From Thecamonas trahens ATCC 50062 (lineage: Eukaryota; Protista; Apusomonadida), in contig NW_013657635.1 of NCBI RefSeq assembly GCF_000142905.1, forward strand, positions 1 through 64,000: a stretch of 64,000 bases of DNA, given 5' to 3'. Below, piece by piece: positions 43,800-55,164 of the stretch. Every line of letters begins with the position of its first letter. The first letter of the stretch is position 1. The position numbers and the translations under genes are program-made. A model generated the notes under the pieces. That model worked only from the letters and a program-made list of their open reading frames with translations, made no database searches and was not told the DNA's origin.

Positions 43800-43842
<43 letters not shown>
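43795..43842. repeat. (CT)n microsatellite
   Basis: Read directly. Similar tracts at about 3540-3567, 9155-9181, 47401-47424 and (GA)n at about 60980-61004. Confidence 0.9.
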
Positions 43843-43845
<3 letters not shown>

Positions 43846-44076
43846 CGCCGTAGAACCACATCCACGCATCCCATCACACCATCCATCACACATCCATGCC
43901 CATCACAGCCGAGGAGAGCCTGAGGAGAGCCACCGAGAGAGCAAAAATACAAAATTTCAACATTTCCCGTTCTCCAAGAATTGGCGCCACCACCACACCC
44001 ACACGACCAAGACGAGCCACGAGCCAACGGCAGGACACCTAACCCCAACCCGCTCACGGACAGACAGACAGCCATC

Positions 44077-47000
44077 ATGTCTGAGGTTGCTGACAAGGAG
44101 AACACGCCGAACGTTATGCTTACGACCACTACTATGGCCACTACCACTGCCAAGCGCCGGTTTGGCTGGTCACCTTCCAAGGCTGCCACCAACACCACCA
44201 TGGCCAACAACGAGAATACGGTCATGACCAAGGCAAGTGGTGACGACACCGCCGACTTTGCTGTTCACACCGACAACGTTGTCGATGACATGGCGAGCGA
44301 GGAAAAGGACGAGACTGGGGATGCAGTCGTGGCCATGGACGAGGCCGACGACAACGCGGGTGTGGCCAAGACCGGTGAGACGCTCGCGCAGGTGGCATCG
44401 TCGCTCTTCCCGGCTTCGTTCGAGGCGCAAGTGGCAGAGGCCATGTACCCCAAGTTTACCAAGGAAATGCGGTACAACATGAAGAAGAAGCTCGATCGCC
44501 TCGGTGAGTACTACCGCGCTCTCAAGCGGAACATGCAGACCATGATCGACAAGAAGAACGCCTTTGTTTCAGAGGTCGCTGCGCGGGAGGCCGACATTGG
44601 CCGTCGCGCTGACGAGCTCGCTGCCATCGAGTCGACCCTTCGCGCCGAGGTTCAGACTGCCCAGGGCGAGCTCGCTCACGTCCGCGGCAAGCTTGATGCC
44701 GCAGAGTCCGCCCTCGCCACCGCCACCGCAGAGCTTGATACCGCCAACGCAAAGGTCGCCTCCGAGGCTGCCGCCGCTGCCGCCGCCCGCACTGAGCTCG
44801 CTGCTCTCAAGGATCTCCTCCGCGAGGCCGAGGTCCTTGTCAAGTCGCAGACGACCGAGCTCACCGAGCTCAAGCACGCCTCGGCGCTCGCCGAGCAGGA
44901 GGCCGCAGCCGCCGCAGCCGCAGCCGCCGCCGAGATGGACAGCGTCAAGCGCGCTGCTGCCGATGCTGCCGCTGCCTCGGCCGCATCTGCCGCCAAGGAC
45001 GCCGCAGCCGCAGCCGACAAGCTCGCCGCCGCTGAGGCCTCGCTCGCTGACCTCAAGGCCCAGGTCGCCAAGGCTGAGGCGTCGGCCGCCGACACCGCGG
45101 TCTCTCTCGAGGCGACCCGAAGCCATCTGGCGTCGGCCCAGGCGGACGCCGCCGCCGCCGCCGCCCGCGCCGCCCAGCTTGAGGGCGCAAACTCGGCGCT
45201 GCAGAGCCAGCTCGACGCCAACTCGGCCCAGCTCTCGGCCGCCCTCGCCTCTTTCAACGAGGCTCAGGCGTTCAACAAGGAGCGGACCGCCGCCCTCACT
45301 GCCGACAAGGATCGCCTCGAGGCCGAGTTGGTCTCGGCCAAGGCTACTGTCGCTACGCTCGAGGCCCGCGCCGCCGAACTCGAGACTCAGCTGGCAGCCG
45401 CCAATGCCGACGCCGCCGCCAACGCCACCGCCCTCGAGGCAGTTCGCGCCGAACTCACCCAGCTTGAGGCATCAACGACGGCGGCCCAGGCTGAGTTTGA
45501 GGCCAAGATCGTCGACCTCGAGGCCGCCGCCGCTGCCGCCGCTGCCGAGCTCGCCTCTCTAGGCGAGGCCAAGGCCATGCTCGAGACCTCGCTTGAAGAC
45601 GCCGAGCTCAACGCCGCCACCACCGCCGCCGAGCGCGACGAGGCCCGCGCCGCCGCCGCCGAGCTCAACGCTGCAGCCGCTACTGCAGCCGCCGAAAAGG
45701 CTCAGCTGGAGGCGAACCTCGCCGAGACCAAGGCCGAGCTCGAGACGACTGCGCTCGAGCTTGCCACCTTTAAGGCCAACTGCGGCGTGAGCTCTGAGGA
45801 GCAGCTGCAGAACCTGGTCCAGGTCACCAAGGAGCGCGACAGCCTGTTGGAGAAGGTCGCTGACCGCGACGCCGTCGCCGCCCAGCTCGCCGAGGCCCAA
45901 GAGCGCATCGCGCACCTCGCCGCCCTTGTCCACTCGGGCGAGGCCGTCCGGCGGACCCTCCACAATCGCATCCAGGAGCTGCGCGGCACCATCCGAGTCG
46001 TCGCCCGCGTTCGCCCGCTCCTCTCGGGCGACTCGGACGAGGCGCACGCGTCGGGCGTCAACTTTCGGTTCGGCCTCGACAAGCTCTCGCTTGAGCTCAA
46101 GGACTCTCAGCACCGGTTTGCCTTTGACCAGGTCTTTGGCGAGTCGGCGAGCCAGTCCGAGGTCTTTGACGAGGTCGCCAACTTTGTCCAGAGCGCCCTT
46201 GATGGCTACTCGGTCAATCTCTTTGCCTACGGCCAGACTGGCTCAGGCAAAACCCACACCATGCAGGGCGAGGTGACTGGCGACGGCCGCGGCATCATCC
46301 CGCGTGCCATCGCCCACATCATGACCGAAGTCGACCGTCTCGCCGACCAGGGCTGGGCCTACACCATGAAGGCCACCTTTGTCGAGATCTACAACGAGAC
46401 CATTCGTGACCTCCTCCGCGACCCGTCGACGCCCATGGACGCCCTGCCCAAGATCGGCATCCGCCACGGCGACGGCATCACCACCCTTATCGGCGCCAAC
46501 GACGCCATCGTCTCCTCCGCCGCCGACATCGTCGGCCTTATGGAGCGCGCCAACGAGAACCGCTCCGTTGCCGCGACCTCGATGAACGCGCACTCGTCGC
46601 GCTCGCACTCGGTCTTCTCGCTCCACCTCACAGGCGTGAACGCAGAGTCCGGCGAGGCTCTCCAGGGCGTACTCAACCTGTGCGACCTCGCCGGCTCGGA
46701 GCGCCTTGCAAAGTCCAAGGCCACTGGGGACCGCCTTAAGGAGACCCAGGCCATCAACAAGTCGCTCTCGGCCCTCTCCGACATCTTTGTCGCCCTCTCC
46801 TCCAACTCTTCCCATGTGCCCTACCGCAACTCCAAGCTCACCTACCTCCTGCAGAACGCCTTTGCTGGCCAAGGCAAGTCGCTTATGATCGTCAACCTCT
46901 CGCCCTCGATCGACTCGCGCGGCGAGTCGCTCTGCTCGCTCCGCTTCGCCTCCAAGGTCCACAACACCGATCTTGGCAAGGCCAAGAAGCACGTCGCCGC

Positions 47001-47100
47001 TGCCCCGGGAGCAAAACGCACCCGTCCCAGCACCGCCCTCGGCGTCCGCACCGCCAACGGCAGCTCGCCGCCCAAGCGCCGCAAGACTCTCCGCCGCTAG
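44077..47100 (+). CDS. Kinesin-14 (C-terminal motor, KIFC1/Kar3/Ncd-like)
   Basis: Long coiled coil, neck RRTLHNRIQELRGTIRV, FAYGQTGSGKT, NAHSSRSH, DLAGSER, HVPYRNSKLT; basic NLS-like end PPKRRK. Confidence 0.95.
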   Translation: MSEVADKENTPNVMLTTTTMATTTAKRRFGWSPSKAATNTTMANNENTVMTKASGDDTADFAVHTDNVVDDMASEEKDETGDAVVAMDEADDNAGVAKTGETLAQVASSLFPASFEAQVAEAMYPKFTKEMRYNMKKKLDRLGEYYRALKRNMQTMIDKKNAFVSEVAAREADIGRRADELAAIESTLRAEVQTAQGELAHVRGKLDAAESALATATAELDTANAKVASEAAAAAAARTELAALKDLLREAEVLVKSQTTELTELKHASALAEQEAAAAAAAAAAEMDSVKRAAADAAAASAASAAKDAAAAADKLAAAEASLADLKAQVAKAEASAADTAVSLEATRSHLASAQADAAAAAARAAQLEGANSALQSQLDANSAQLSAALASFNEAQAFNKERTAALTADKDRLEAELVSAKATVATLEARAAELETQLAAANADAAANATALEAVRAELTQLEASTTAAQAEFEAKIVDLEAAAAAAAAELASLGEAKAMLETSLEDAELNAATTAAERDEARAAAAELNAAAATAAAEKAQLEANLAETKAELETTALELATFKANCGVSSEEQLQNLVQVTKERDSLLEKVADRDAVAAQLAEAQERIAHLAALVHSGEAVRRTLHNRIQELRGTIRVVARVRPLLSGDSDEAHASGVNFRFGLDKLSLELKDSQHRFAFDQVFGESASQSEVFDEVANFVQSALDGYSVNLFAYGQTGSGKTHTMQGEVTGDGRGIIPRAIAHIMTEVDRLADQGWAYTMKATFVEIYNETIRDLLRDPSTPMDALPKIGIRHGDGITTLIGANDAIVSSAADIVGLMERANENRSVAATSMNAHSSRSHSVFSLHLTGVNAESGEALQGVLNLCDLAGSERLAKSKATGDRLKETQAINKSLSALSDIFVALSSNSSHVPYRNSKLTYLLQNAFAGQGKSLMIVNLSPSIDSRGESLCSLRFASKVHNTDLGKAKKHVAAAPGAKRTRPSTALGVRTANGSSPPKRRKTLRR

Positions 47101-47121
47101 CCGCCTCCCCCCCCCCCCCTG

Positions 47122-47320
47122 NNNNNNNNNNNNNNNNNNNNNNNNNNNNNNNNNNNNNNNNNNNNNNNNNNNNNNNNNNNNNNNNNNNNNNNNNNNNNNN
47201 NNNNNNNNNNNNNNNNNNNNNNNNNNNNNNNNNNNNNNNNNNNNNNNNNNNNNNNNNNNNNNNNNNNNNNNNNNNNNNNNNNNNNNNNNNNNNNNNNNNN
47301 NNNNNNNNNNNNNNNNNNNN
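47122..47320. other. Assembly gap
   Basis: Run of N. Confidence 1.
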
Positions 47321-47729
47321 TACCACCCCGATCTGCCATCGCATACACACTCTTACTTTCTCCACCACACCCCCTACCCCCCCTCCCCCTCCCCTCCCTC
47401 CTCTCTCTCTCTCTCTCTCTCTCTCGCCATCGTCACGTCGGCCACCAAACTCGTCGAGCCAAATGCGATGATCACAGCGGCGATCGCGCGCTGCACCAAC
47501 CACCTCACCCGCCCCCCTCCCCCCCCCCCCTCTCCCCCCCCTACCGACCGCAATAGCCATGCTCGGGGCGGCGCCACCTACGTTAGTTGCCAAGGCAACC
47601 GCCAAGGCACGCCAACAGAGACCTCCGCGGCACCCCACACATCGAGCATACGGTGGTGGTGGCGGTGGTGGTCGTGACGGTGGTCATGGTCGTGGTCATG
47701 GTCATGGTCATGGTGAACGTGCAACGACG

Positions 47730-50700
47730 ATGAGCCAAGTCGGACAGTCTGGTGCTGGTGGAGGTTCTGGGCGAGAAGAGGGCATGGTCCAAAGGCAATC
47801 AAGTTTTGGCGGAAGAAGAGGTGCTGGGCCTGCTAATAATGGCCGCAGTTGGGCGACTCCAAGCGATCATGGTCATGGTCAGCTTGCTGGTGGTCCTCTC
47901 CTCGATTCGGGTGCGGCAGCACCAGGCGGTTCCCGCAGGCTTCAACGCGGCGGTGGTGTCACAACCTCGTCTGCAACTTCGAGTGCACAGCTGAGCTCAG
48001 GCCCTGGCTCGCCGACCGGCTCGCGATCGCCAGACTACCTCCCTGTCCAACCACAGGCTTCGCTTCTCTCCATCGGCACAACTGCAACAACATCGTCAGA
48101 GCTCGAGGCTACATGGACGACGTCAGCCACCGGGCTGATGTCGGTTGGTGGCGAGACGACGTCGCATGGCGAGTCGTGGTACGGAGCCGAGCTGCCGGAA
48201 GGCGTGAGGATCATTGGGACTGGCGGTGACGGCAGCGTGGTTCCTCTCGATGGAGGCGCCCCGGGGCTCAGCGCCAAGTCGACGTCGTGCATGGCGGCGC
48301 TGAGGCAGTGGCTCATTGCCGAGCCGTACCCGGACGTTGTCTCCAAGTCGCGGCAGATCGACCTGCGCCATCGAGCGTGGATGCTACTCATGCTCTCACT
48401 CGTCTGCTGTATCTTCCAGGTCTCGCACATCACCTACGACGCCATTGCTAACCTCCGCCGGCTCCCGGCCTCACACCACATGGTCAACCTGCTCTTCTTT
48501 GGCCTCCTCCTCATCCCCATCTGGCTTGCCCGGACCGACCGGCTCGTTGCGGGCTCCATCTGGTTTGTCTTTGTCATCACCGCTCTCTTTGCCCATCGAG
48601 TCTTCACCGAGCGCCCGCACCTTGACTATCTCATCATCCCGCTCTTTGTGGCCCACATCATTTTCTCGCCGCGGCTGGCCCACCTCGCATATCCGCTCCT
48701 CGTCGTCACCACCGCCGTCACCGGCTACATGGCATACTCACACGTTGACCTGCACTGGCTTGACGTCGGCTCGACCGTCCTCCTCTCAGGCATCGTTGCC
48801 TGCTGTCTCGCCGGCGCCTCGACGCTCCTCCAGCGCAAGCTCGAGGTCATGCGAACGGCCGAGATGCGATACATGACCCTACTTAATGGCGGCTACGAGG
48901 GCGTCGTCCTCCTCGGCGGCTACACTATTCTCGACGGCAACCGCTCCATGCAGGAAATGTTCCACATGCGCATGTCTGCTCTCAAAGGCACCTCCGTCCT
49001 CGACCTCATTGTGGAGACCGACCGCATCAAGCTTGCGAAGCTCATCGAGTCGTGCCCACTGCAGCACGCACTGCTGCGGACCGATACTCAGCCCGACGGG
49101 CCGGCCGGTATGTTTGCCATCGAAGTCTCAGTCATCTTCCACCCGGCGACCTCGCACACTGTCTGCGCCTTTCGCACCATCGAGCACTTTGCTCGCCTCG
49201 AAGCCGTCCTCGTCGCCGCCAAGGAAAACGACATGCAGGCCCAGTACCAGCAGGCTCAGTCGTCCATCGCCTCGGCCGAGCACAAGTCACGCATGTACTC
49301 GTCGCTCGCCCATCAGGCCACGGTCCCGCTCCAGACGGTTGTCTCGGCCGTCAAGCTCCTCGACGAGCACTCGCTCGGCGAGGGCGCCCGCCAGTGCGCC
49401 CGCCTCGCCACCGATGCTGCCGACCACCTCAGCTCTATCATGTCCTCCTTCCAGTCCATTGACAACGTGTACTCGGACGACATGGACCTCGACTCGCGCA
49501 TCTTTGACCTCACCACCGTCCTCTCGCAGGTTCTCTCGCAGGTCCGCTCCGTCGTCGCCGCCAAGGCCGTCGACCTCGACGGCTACATCTCGCCAGACGT
49601 TCCACTCTTTGCCCGTGGCGACCCGGCTCGCCTCGAGCTCACCCTCACCACCGTCATCGAGGCCACTGTCCGCCTCTCCGAGACCTCGGGCTCGGTCATG
49701 GTCTCAGCCAAGGTGTCATCCGAGGACGAAGCCCGCCAGCTCGGCGCCACTGCGCTTGTCCCGCTCGAGAATGAGGCTTCGTTCCCGCCAGGCACTTTTG
49801 ACTCGGCCTCTTACTACCGCATCGACGTCACCGACTCGTCGCCCGGCATGGCGCTCAAGGACATGTCCATGCTCTTCCAGCCGTTCCAGCACGGCGCCTC
49901 GAACATTGCCATTGAGACTATCGGCCTCTACGTCGCCCGCCAGCTCCTACGCAAGATGGGCGGCCAAATTGTCCCGCACTCGGTCGAGGGTCATGGCTCC
50001 ACCTTTGTCATGATTGTCCCGCTCTTCCCAGTCTCCGGCTCGCTCGTCCCGGTCTCAGCTACTGTCCGCCCACCCAAGTGGATGAACCTCGCCGTTCCGA
50101 CGGGCATCGTTGTCCTCTTTGCCAACGACGACCTCCGCAGAACCATGGGGTCAATTATGGCCGACTTTGGCCTCAGCGTCTACTACCACGCCGTCCCCTG
50201 GCGTGCCGTTGATGTCTTTGCCAACGACGAGGTCCCGTTCCTCGTCGTCGAACGCTCCATGCTCGAGGAGATTGTTGCCGCTCTTGACGAAGTCGGTCCG
50301 CTCATGCCGTCGGTCGTATACGTTGTCTCGCCGCCGGTCGAGGAGCTGACTGACCCGCCTGACGTCCGCCACCCAGGCGTCTCCTTTGTCTTTGTCCCTC
50401 GCCCGCTGGATCTCGCCGAGATGCGTGCCGCCCTTGTCAAGTCGTACGCCTCCATCTTCACCCACCGCCGGACCGCAAGGTACCTCTCGCTCACAACGTC
50501 GACGCTCATGGCGCTTCCGGGCGACGTCGTCGGCACGCCGTCGGAACTCGGCGCCACGTCGTCGCAGCCCATCCAGATCCGCAAGCGTGTCCCAGCCTGT
50601 GTCATTGGCCTTGTTGGCCTCCCGGGGCATGTTGTCGAGAACCTCAAAGACAGGCTGTACGCCTTTCGAGTCGGCGCCGTTCACGTCTACCCCTCGTTCG

Positions 50701-51921
50701 CCGAGCTCCGCAGCGCCCGCAAGGCCGTCGCCCTCCACCACATTGTCTTCTACGACTCGTCGCTCGATCTGCCAATCGGCTACCAGGTCGCCTGGTTCCC
50801 AGTTGCCATCGGCCGCAAGCCAGTCCTCTCGGGTGTATTTACTTTTGCCTCCACCCCATCCGAGGCCGAGTGCTCGCGCCTCCTCTCGCGGTTCACCGTC
50901 ATGCACGCCTCGAAGCTCGCCGACCGCGTCCTCATTGTCGCGTCGTCGCCCAACATGCCGTATCTTGGCAGCCTCCGTGCCGCAGGCTACGACTGCACCA
51001 TTGTTTTTCATGCGAAGAGGCGCTGCGCGTGTGGGAGGCGTGGAGCGGCGGCTTTGGCGCCATCGTCGCAGAGCTGAACGTGCGCGGCGTCTCAGTGGTG
51101 AGTCTCGCCGAAACCATCCGGTCGTGGGAGGCCCAAGTCGGGTACGGCATCACGCCAATCATCGCCCTCTCGCCGCCGTGCCACACCTCGGGTGCTGCCC
51201 GTTTCAAGCTCGCTGGCGTCACCGACATGCTCAAGCTCCGCAAGGCTCACTCGACTCTCGTGCCGTGCCTGCAGGGCCGCATCCAGCGGTCAGAGACCCA
51301 CCTGCTCCACAAGTCCGCCGAGAAGCGCTACAAGTCCCTCAAGGACCAGTTCACCTCGTACCTCCTTCGTCAAGACTCCATCTCACGCATGCCGTCACCG
51401 GCAAGCAAGTTCTCGTCCTCCTTCCGCTCCTTTGATCTCATCCCGGCCACCCCGTCGGCGGGCTCTCTCCACTCGCGCAACTCGTCGGCCGGCTCGGGTG
51501 GGCTGAGCCTGCCGCGCCCGCCGAGCATTAGCCTGCTCGAGGACGATCCGCCGCTGGCCCGCACCGGCTCGAGCTCTTCGTCCGATCCGCGACCGGGCTT
51601 TGTCCACCACGCCAGACTTCGTCGTCGTCGTCCTCGGCCAGAGCGACTTCGTCATCGTCATCGTCGTCGCTCGCGGCTTCGTCCTCGCGGCTCTGTGCCT
51701 CGTCGTCGGTTGCCTCCCGCGATAACGACGGTGAGAGCGGCGGGTGGGAAGAGGTTCCTATCGTCGCCATTCCGTTGCCGACTACCAACGCGCCGCGCCG
51801 GCTCTCGCAGATGATGCTCTCCAGCTCAGATCCGCCGTCGCCTCACGACGCGGCTGCCCTGCTGGCGTCGTCGTCGTCCGGGGCGTCGTCGACGTTGTCT
51901 CATGAAGAGATCACAGTTTAA
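47730..51921 (+). CDS. Membrane-bound hybrid histidine-kinase-like protein (multi-TM, PAS, HisKA, HATPase, degenerate receivers); frame breaks at about 51006 and 51604
   Basis: About six TM helices. PAS EGVVLL..ILDGNRSMQEMF..LKGTSVLDLI; SSLAHQATVPL; GDPARL; DVTDSSPGM; LFQPF; GLYVARQLLRKMGG..SVEGHGSTF. Confidence 0.8.
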
Positions 51922-51931
51922 TAGCCCTTAG

Positions 51932-52172
51932 CGGTTCAGTCGTTCGGACGCGTTGTCGCGCCTCTCAAAGTGAAACTCGATGATGCTTGACTTCCAAGTC
52001 ACCGGCCGACGCTGCGCGACGCCTGCTTAGCCTGCGGCTTTGAGATAGGAGGCGCGCCCGATGCGTGGCTTGCACGTGGGTCCTGCCGCCCGCCGCTTGT
52101 TCTGGCGACGCCCTTGTGTGCAACGTGGGCGACGATCTGGCTGTTCTCGCGCGATGGACAAATCTGTCCATT
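51932..52172 (-). repeat. Dispersed repeat, internally deleted copy (B)
   Basis: Reverse complement aligns to 20002-20025 fused to about 20423-20640. Confidence 0.8.
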
Positions 52173-52205
52173 CCGTACCGTTAAACTAAAAGGGTGGCGT
52201 AGCTA

Positions 52206-54772
52206 CTACATGTCGTCGTAGGTGCGGGTCATCAGCGAGCGGAGGCTCGACTGTGCGCTGACAAGCGTGTTGAACCGCTCGATGTAGAGCTCGACGCGCT
52301 TAAACGTCCGCTTGAGGCGGCGCTCCTGACGGGCGGTCGGCGCGAGGCTGAGGGCGATGGCCGCCTTGGCCTCAACCGCGTCGCGCTGGGCAATGTGGGT
52401 CTCGAGCGCGGCAGCCTTTGAGCGCCAGGCAGAGAGCTGGGCGCGGAGATCGTGGACGCGCTGCACAAGCTGGGCGTCGACGTTGTTGTCAGCGAGCGCC
52501 GCAAGGCGCGCGTCGTAATGGGCCTTGAGCTGAGCCACAGAGTCCGAGGTGCTCGCCAGTGTCGCCGAGTGTGCCACGTGCGCCTTCTCCAGCGCCGCAA
52601 TCTCAGCATCGAGGACCGACCGGTCTGCGTCGACGCTCCGCTTCTCGGCATTGAGCTTGGAGACAAAGGTAACAAGCTGAGTCTTGAGCTCGCGTGAAAG
52701 TGCGTGGAGCTCAGTCTTGAGACTCCCCGGCGACGCCGAAGCCGCACCGGGAATGCCCAGCTGCGCCGCCGCCGCCGCGACGGCTGCGCGGTCGGCCGCA
52801 GAGGCCAGAGGCGCATCGGCTGCGTTGCGCGCAGCAGCCACTGCATCCGACAGCTTCTTTGTCTCAAGGATCTTGGCCGTCAGCTGGGCCTCGACATCAG
52901 CCAGCGTGGCGTGCATCTCCTTGTACTGCTGCACGTACCGGATCTTGAGCAGCTCGTCGACGTCGGCCCGAGCCTCGGCGGCCACGTGATCGACCGAGAG
53001 GTCTGCCATGGAAAGGGCGTCGGCGGGCAGCTCGGGCGCTGGAGACGGCGCGCGGGCGGCCACCGGGGCCGGGGCGACCACTGGGGCTGGGGCAGCCACC
53101 GAGGCCAGAGTCGGAGCCGGGTCGACTGTCAACAGATCGGCTTCGCCCAGGCTAGCAACTGTCGACGACGAGGCGTAAACGTTGTCAGAGAGTGGCGAGG
53201 GCGAGGGCGAAAAGTGCATGACCTTGTTGACTGGCGAGTCGTGGCCTCGGATCGACCCGGCGAGCGAGCCCTTAAGTGAAGCACGGAGCGACGAGTCAGG
53301 TGCGGCTGCTGACAAGCTTGGCGCAGCGGGCGACCGGATGGCTGGGGAGCGCGGCAGCGTCCGTGATGGCTGGAAGGCCTCGGCAGGCGGCGGCGACCGC
53401 GGCAGCGTTCGCGACGGCTTGAACACCTCCGTCGGATCCGGAGCTGCAACCGTGGCCGCGACCGCAGGCGGCGATGCCGGAAGAGTGCGAGTGGGCTTGA
53501 ACGGGTCGACGGAAGGATCGATGTCAAAGTCGACGAGAGCAGGGGCCGGAGCCGGAGCTGGGGCCGGGGCTGGGGCTGGTGCTGGGGCCGCGGCCGGGGC
53601 CGGGGCTGGTGACGACGGGAGGTTGCGCCTTGGCTTGAATGGATCGATGGAGAGATCAAGGTCAAAGTCGGTGGCCGCCGGGACTGGGGCCTGGGCCAGA
53701 GTCAATGCGGGTGCGGGTGCAGGTGCAGGTGCGAGCATAGAAACGTGTGCTGACGTTGAGGTTGAGCTCGGAGCCGGGGCAGGGGCAGGGGCAGGGGCAG
53801 GGGCAGGGGCAGGGGCAGGGGCGGGCGCGGGCGGAGAATCGAGGGCGTGGCCAGATGCGCGGAGCGAGGCCGCGAATGACTTGGAGAGCTCGATGGGCTC
53901 AGGCTCCCAGTCGAGGCTCGGCTGCTGAGTGGTATCGCGGAGCGGCTTGCGGGCCGAGCTGCGCTTGGCCGGAGTGCGGGCGAGGGCACGGTGCGGCTTG
54001 AAGCCCGAGTCGGGCCCGTCTTCGGCGTAGTTGTACTTGGCTGCGTTCTCCTTGCCGTACGGGGTGGAGGCGGACGAGTTGTCGCGGGCGAGCGAGTTGA
54101 CGCCGAGCGACTTGCGGCGGATGCGAGAAGCACCCGAAGCGAGCATCGACTTGCGGCGGGCGACCTTGGCCCTGGTAGCGCCTGTGGCCATGCCGGCCGA
54201 GGCACCCCCGAGCGAGCGGCGGCCATGACGCGAGTGAGAACGAGAGCGCGAGCGCGAGCGCGAGCGCGAGCGATCACGATCGCCGTCGCCGTCGCCTCCA
54301 AAGGAGATGCGACGCGAGGCGTTGAACGAGTCACGACGGGCGGTGGAGGCATTGAGCGACTCGCGGCGCGATGCGTCGAGTCGGGAGATGGAGAGACGGG
54401 CTTCCCTGGCGCGAGCCTTGTTTGCCTGCTTTGAGATGTAGCCACCACCACGATGAGACTCAACCTTGTCAAGGAGAGTGTTGACCATGTCGACGACCTT
54501 GTGCATGTCAAGCGGCTTTGTAGGGGCGGGGATGTGCTTTGAAAAATGGCCCAACTCCAAAAAGACAAATACCGGCGAATGTTCCGAGCATTATCCTTCG
54601 CCGCAGCACTCACGGCATCCCACGCCCACGAGTCCTCGTAGTGGGCCACGACTGTGCCGACCATCTTGAGCACTTCTTGCTTTGCCTCGGATGCCGTCAA
54701 TGACGTCACATCATCCCACAGCAATGGTCCATCATATCCAAGTGCTTGCACCTTGGGCAGCACGCTCTGCAT
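52206..54772 (-). CDS. Protein with helical N-terminus, basic RRxS region, KEN box, Pro/Ala linker with repeated motif and C-terminal coiled coil (frame break at about 54561; start uncertain)
   Basis: ORFs 53702-54781 (5' part) and 52206-54560 join as YLSF-LELGHF after adding one T. Confidence 0.7.
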
Positions 54773-54816
54773 CTCAAACACACTATCTATATCTCAAGCA
54801 ACTCCTTGTCGCGGAG

Positions 54817-54900
54817 GATGTATGTATGTATGGATGGATGGATGTATGTATGTATGTATGGATGGATGTATAGGGATGGGTATGTGTGGGTGGGATGGAT
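54817..54900. repeat. (ATGT/ATGG)n tetranucleotide microsatellite
   Basis: Read directly. Confidence 0.85.
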
Positions 54901-55164
54901 CGATGTAGTGGAGAGGTGTGCTGGGCTCTGCACTCCCGTCGTCGTTGGCTGCGCTGAGGCGTTGGCATGACTTGGCGCGCGAAGGAGGGCAAAAATTTGA
55001 AATTTTGGTGTCAGGCGGCGAACGGTCGGGCGGGCGGACATGGCTTTCATCCGTGGCGGCGGCGCGGGACTACGTCAGATGGGAAGGGGGGGGAGGAGGG
55101 GAGAGGGGGGGAGAGGGGGGTTGTGTGATTGTGGTTGACTAGAGACGGGGGGGGGGAGCACGCA

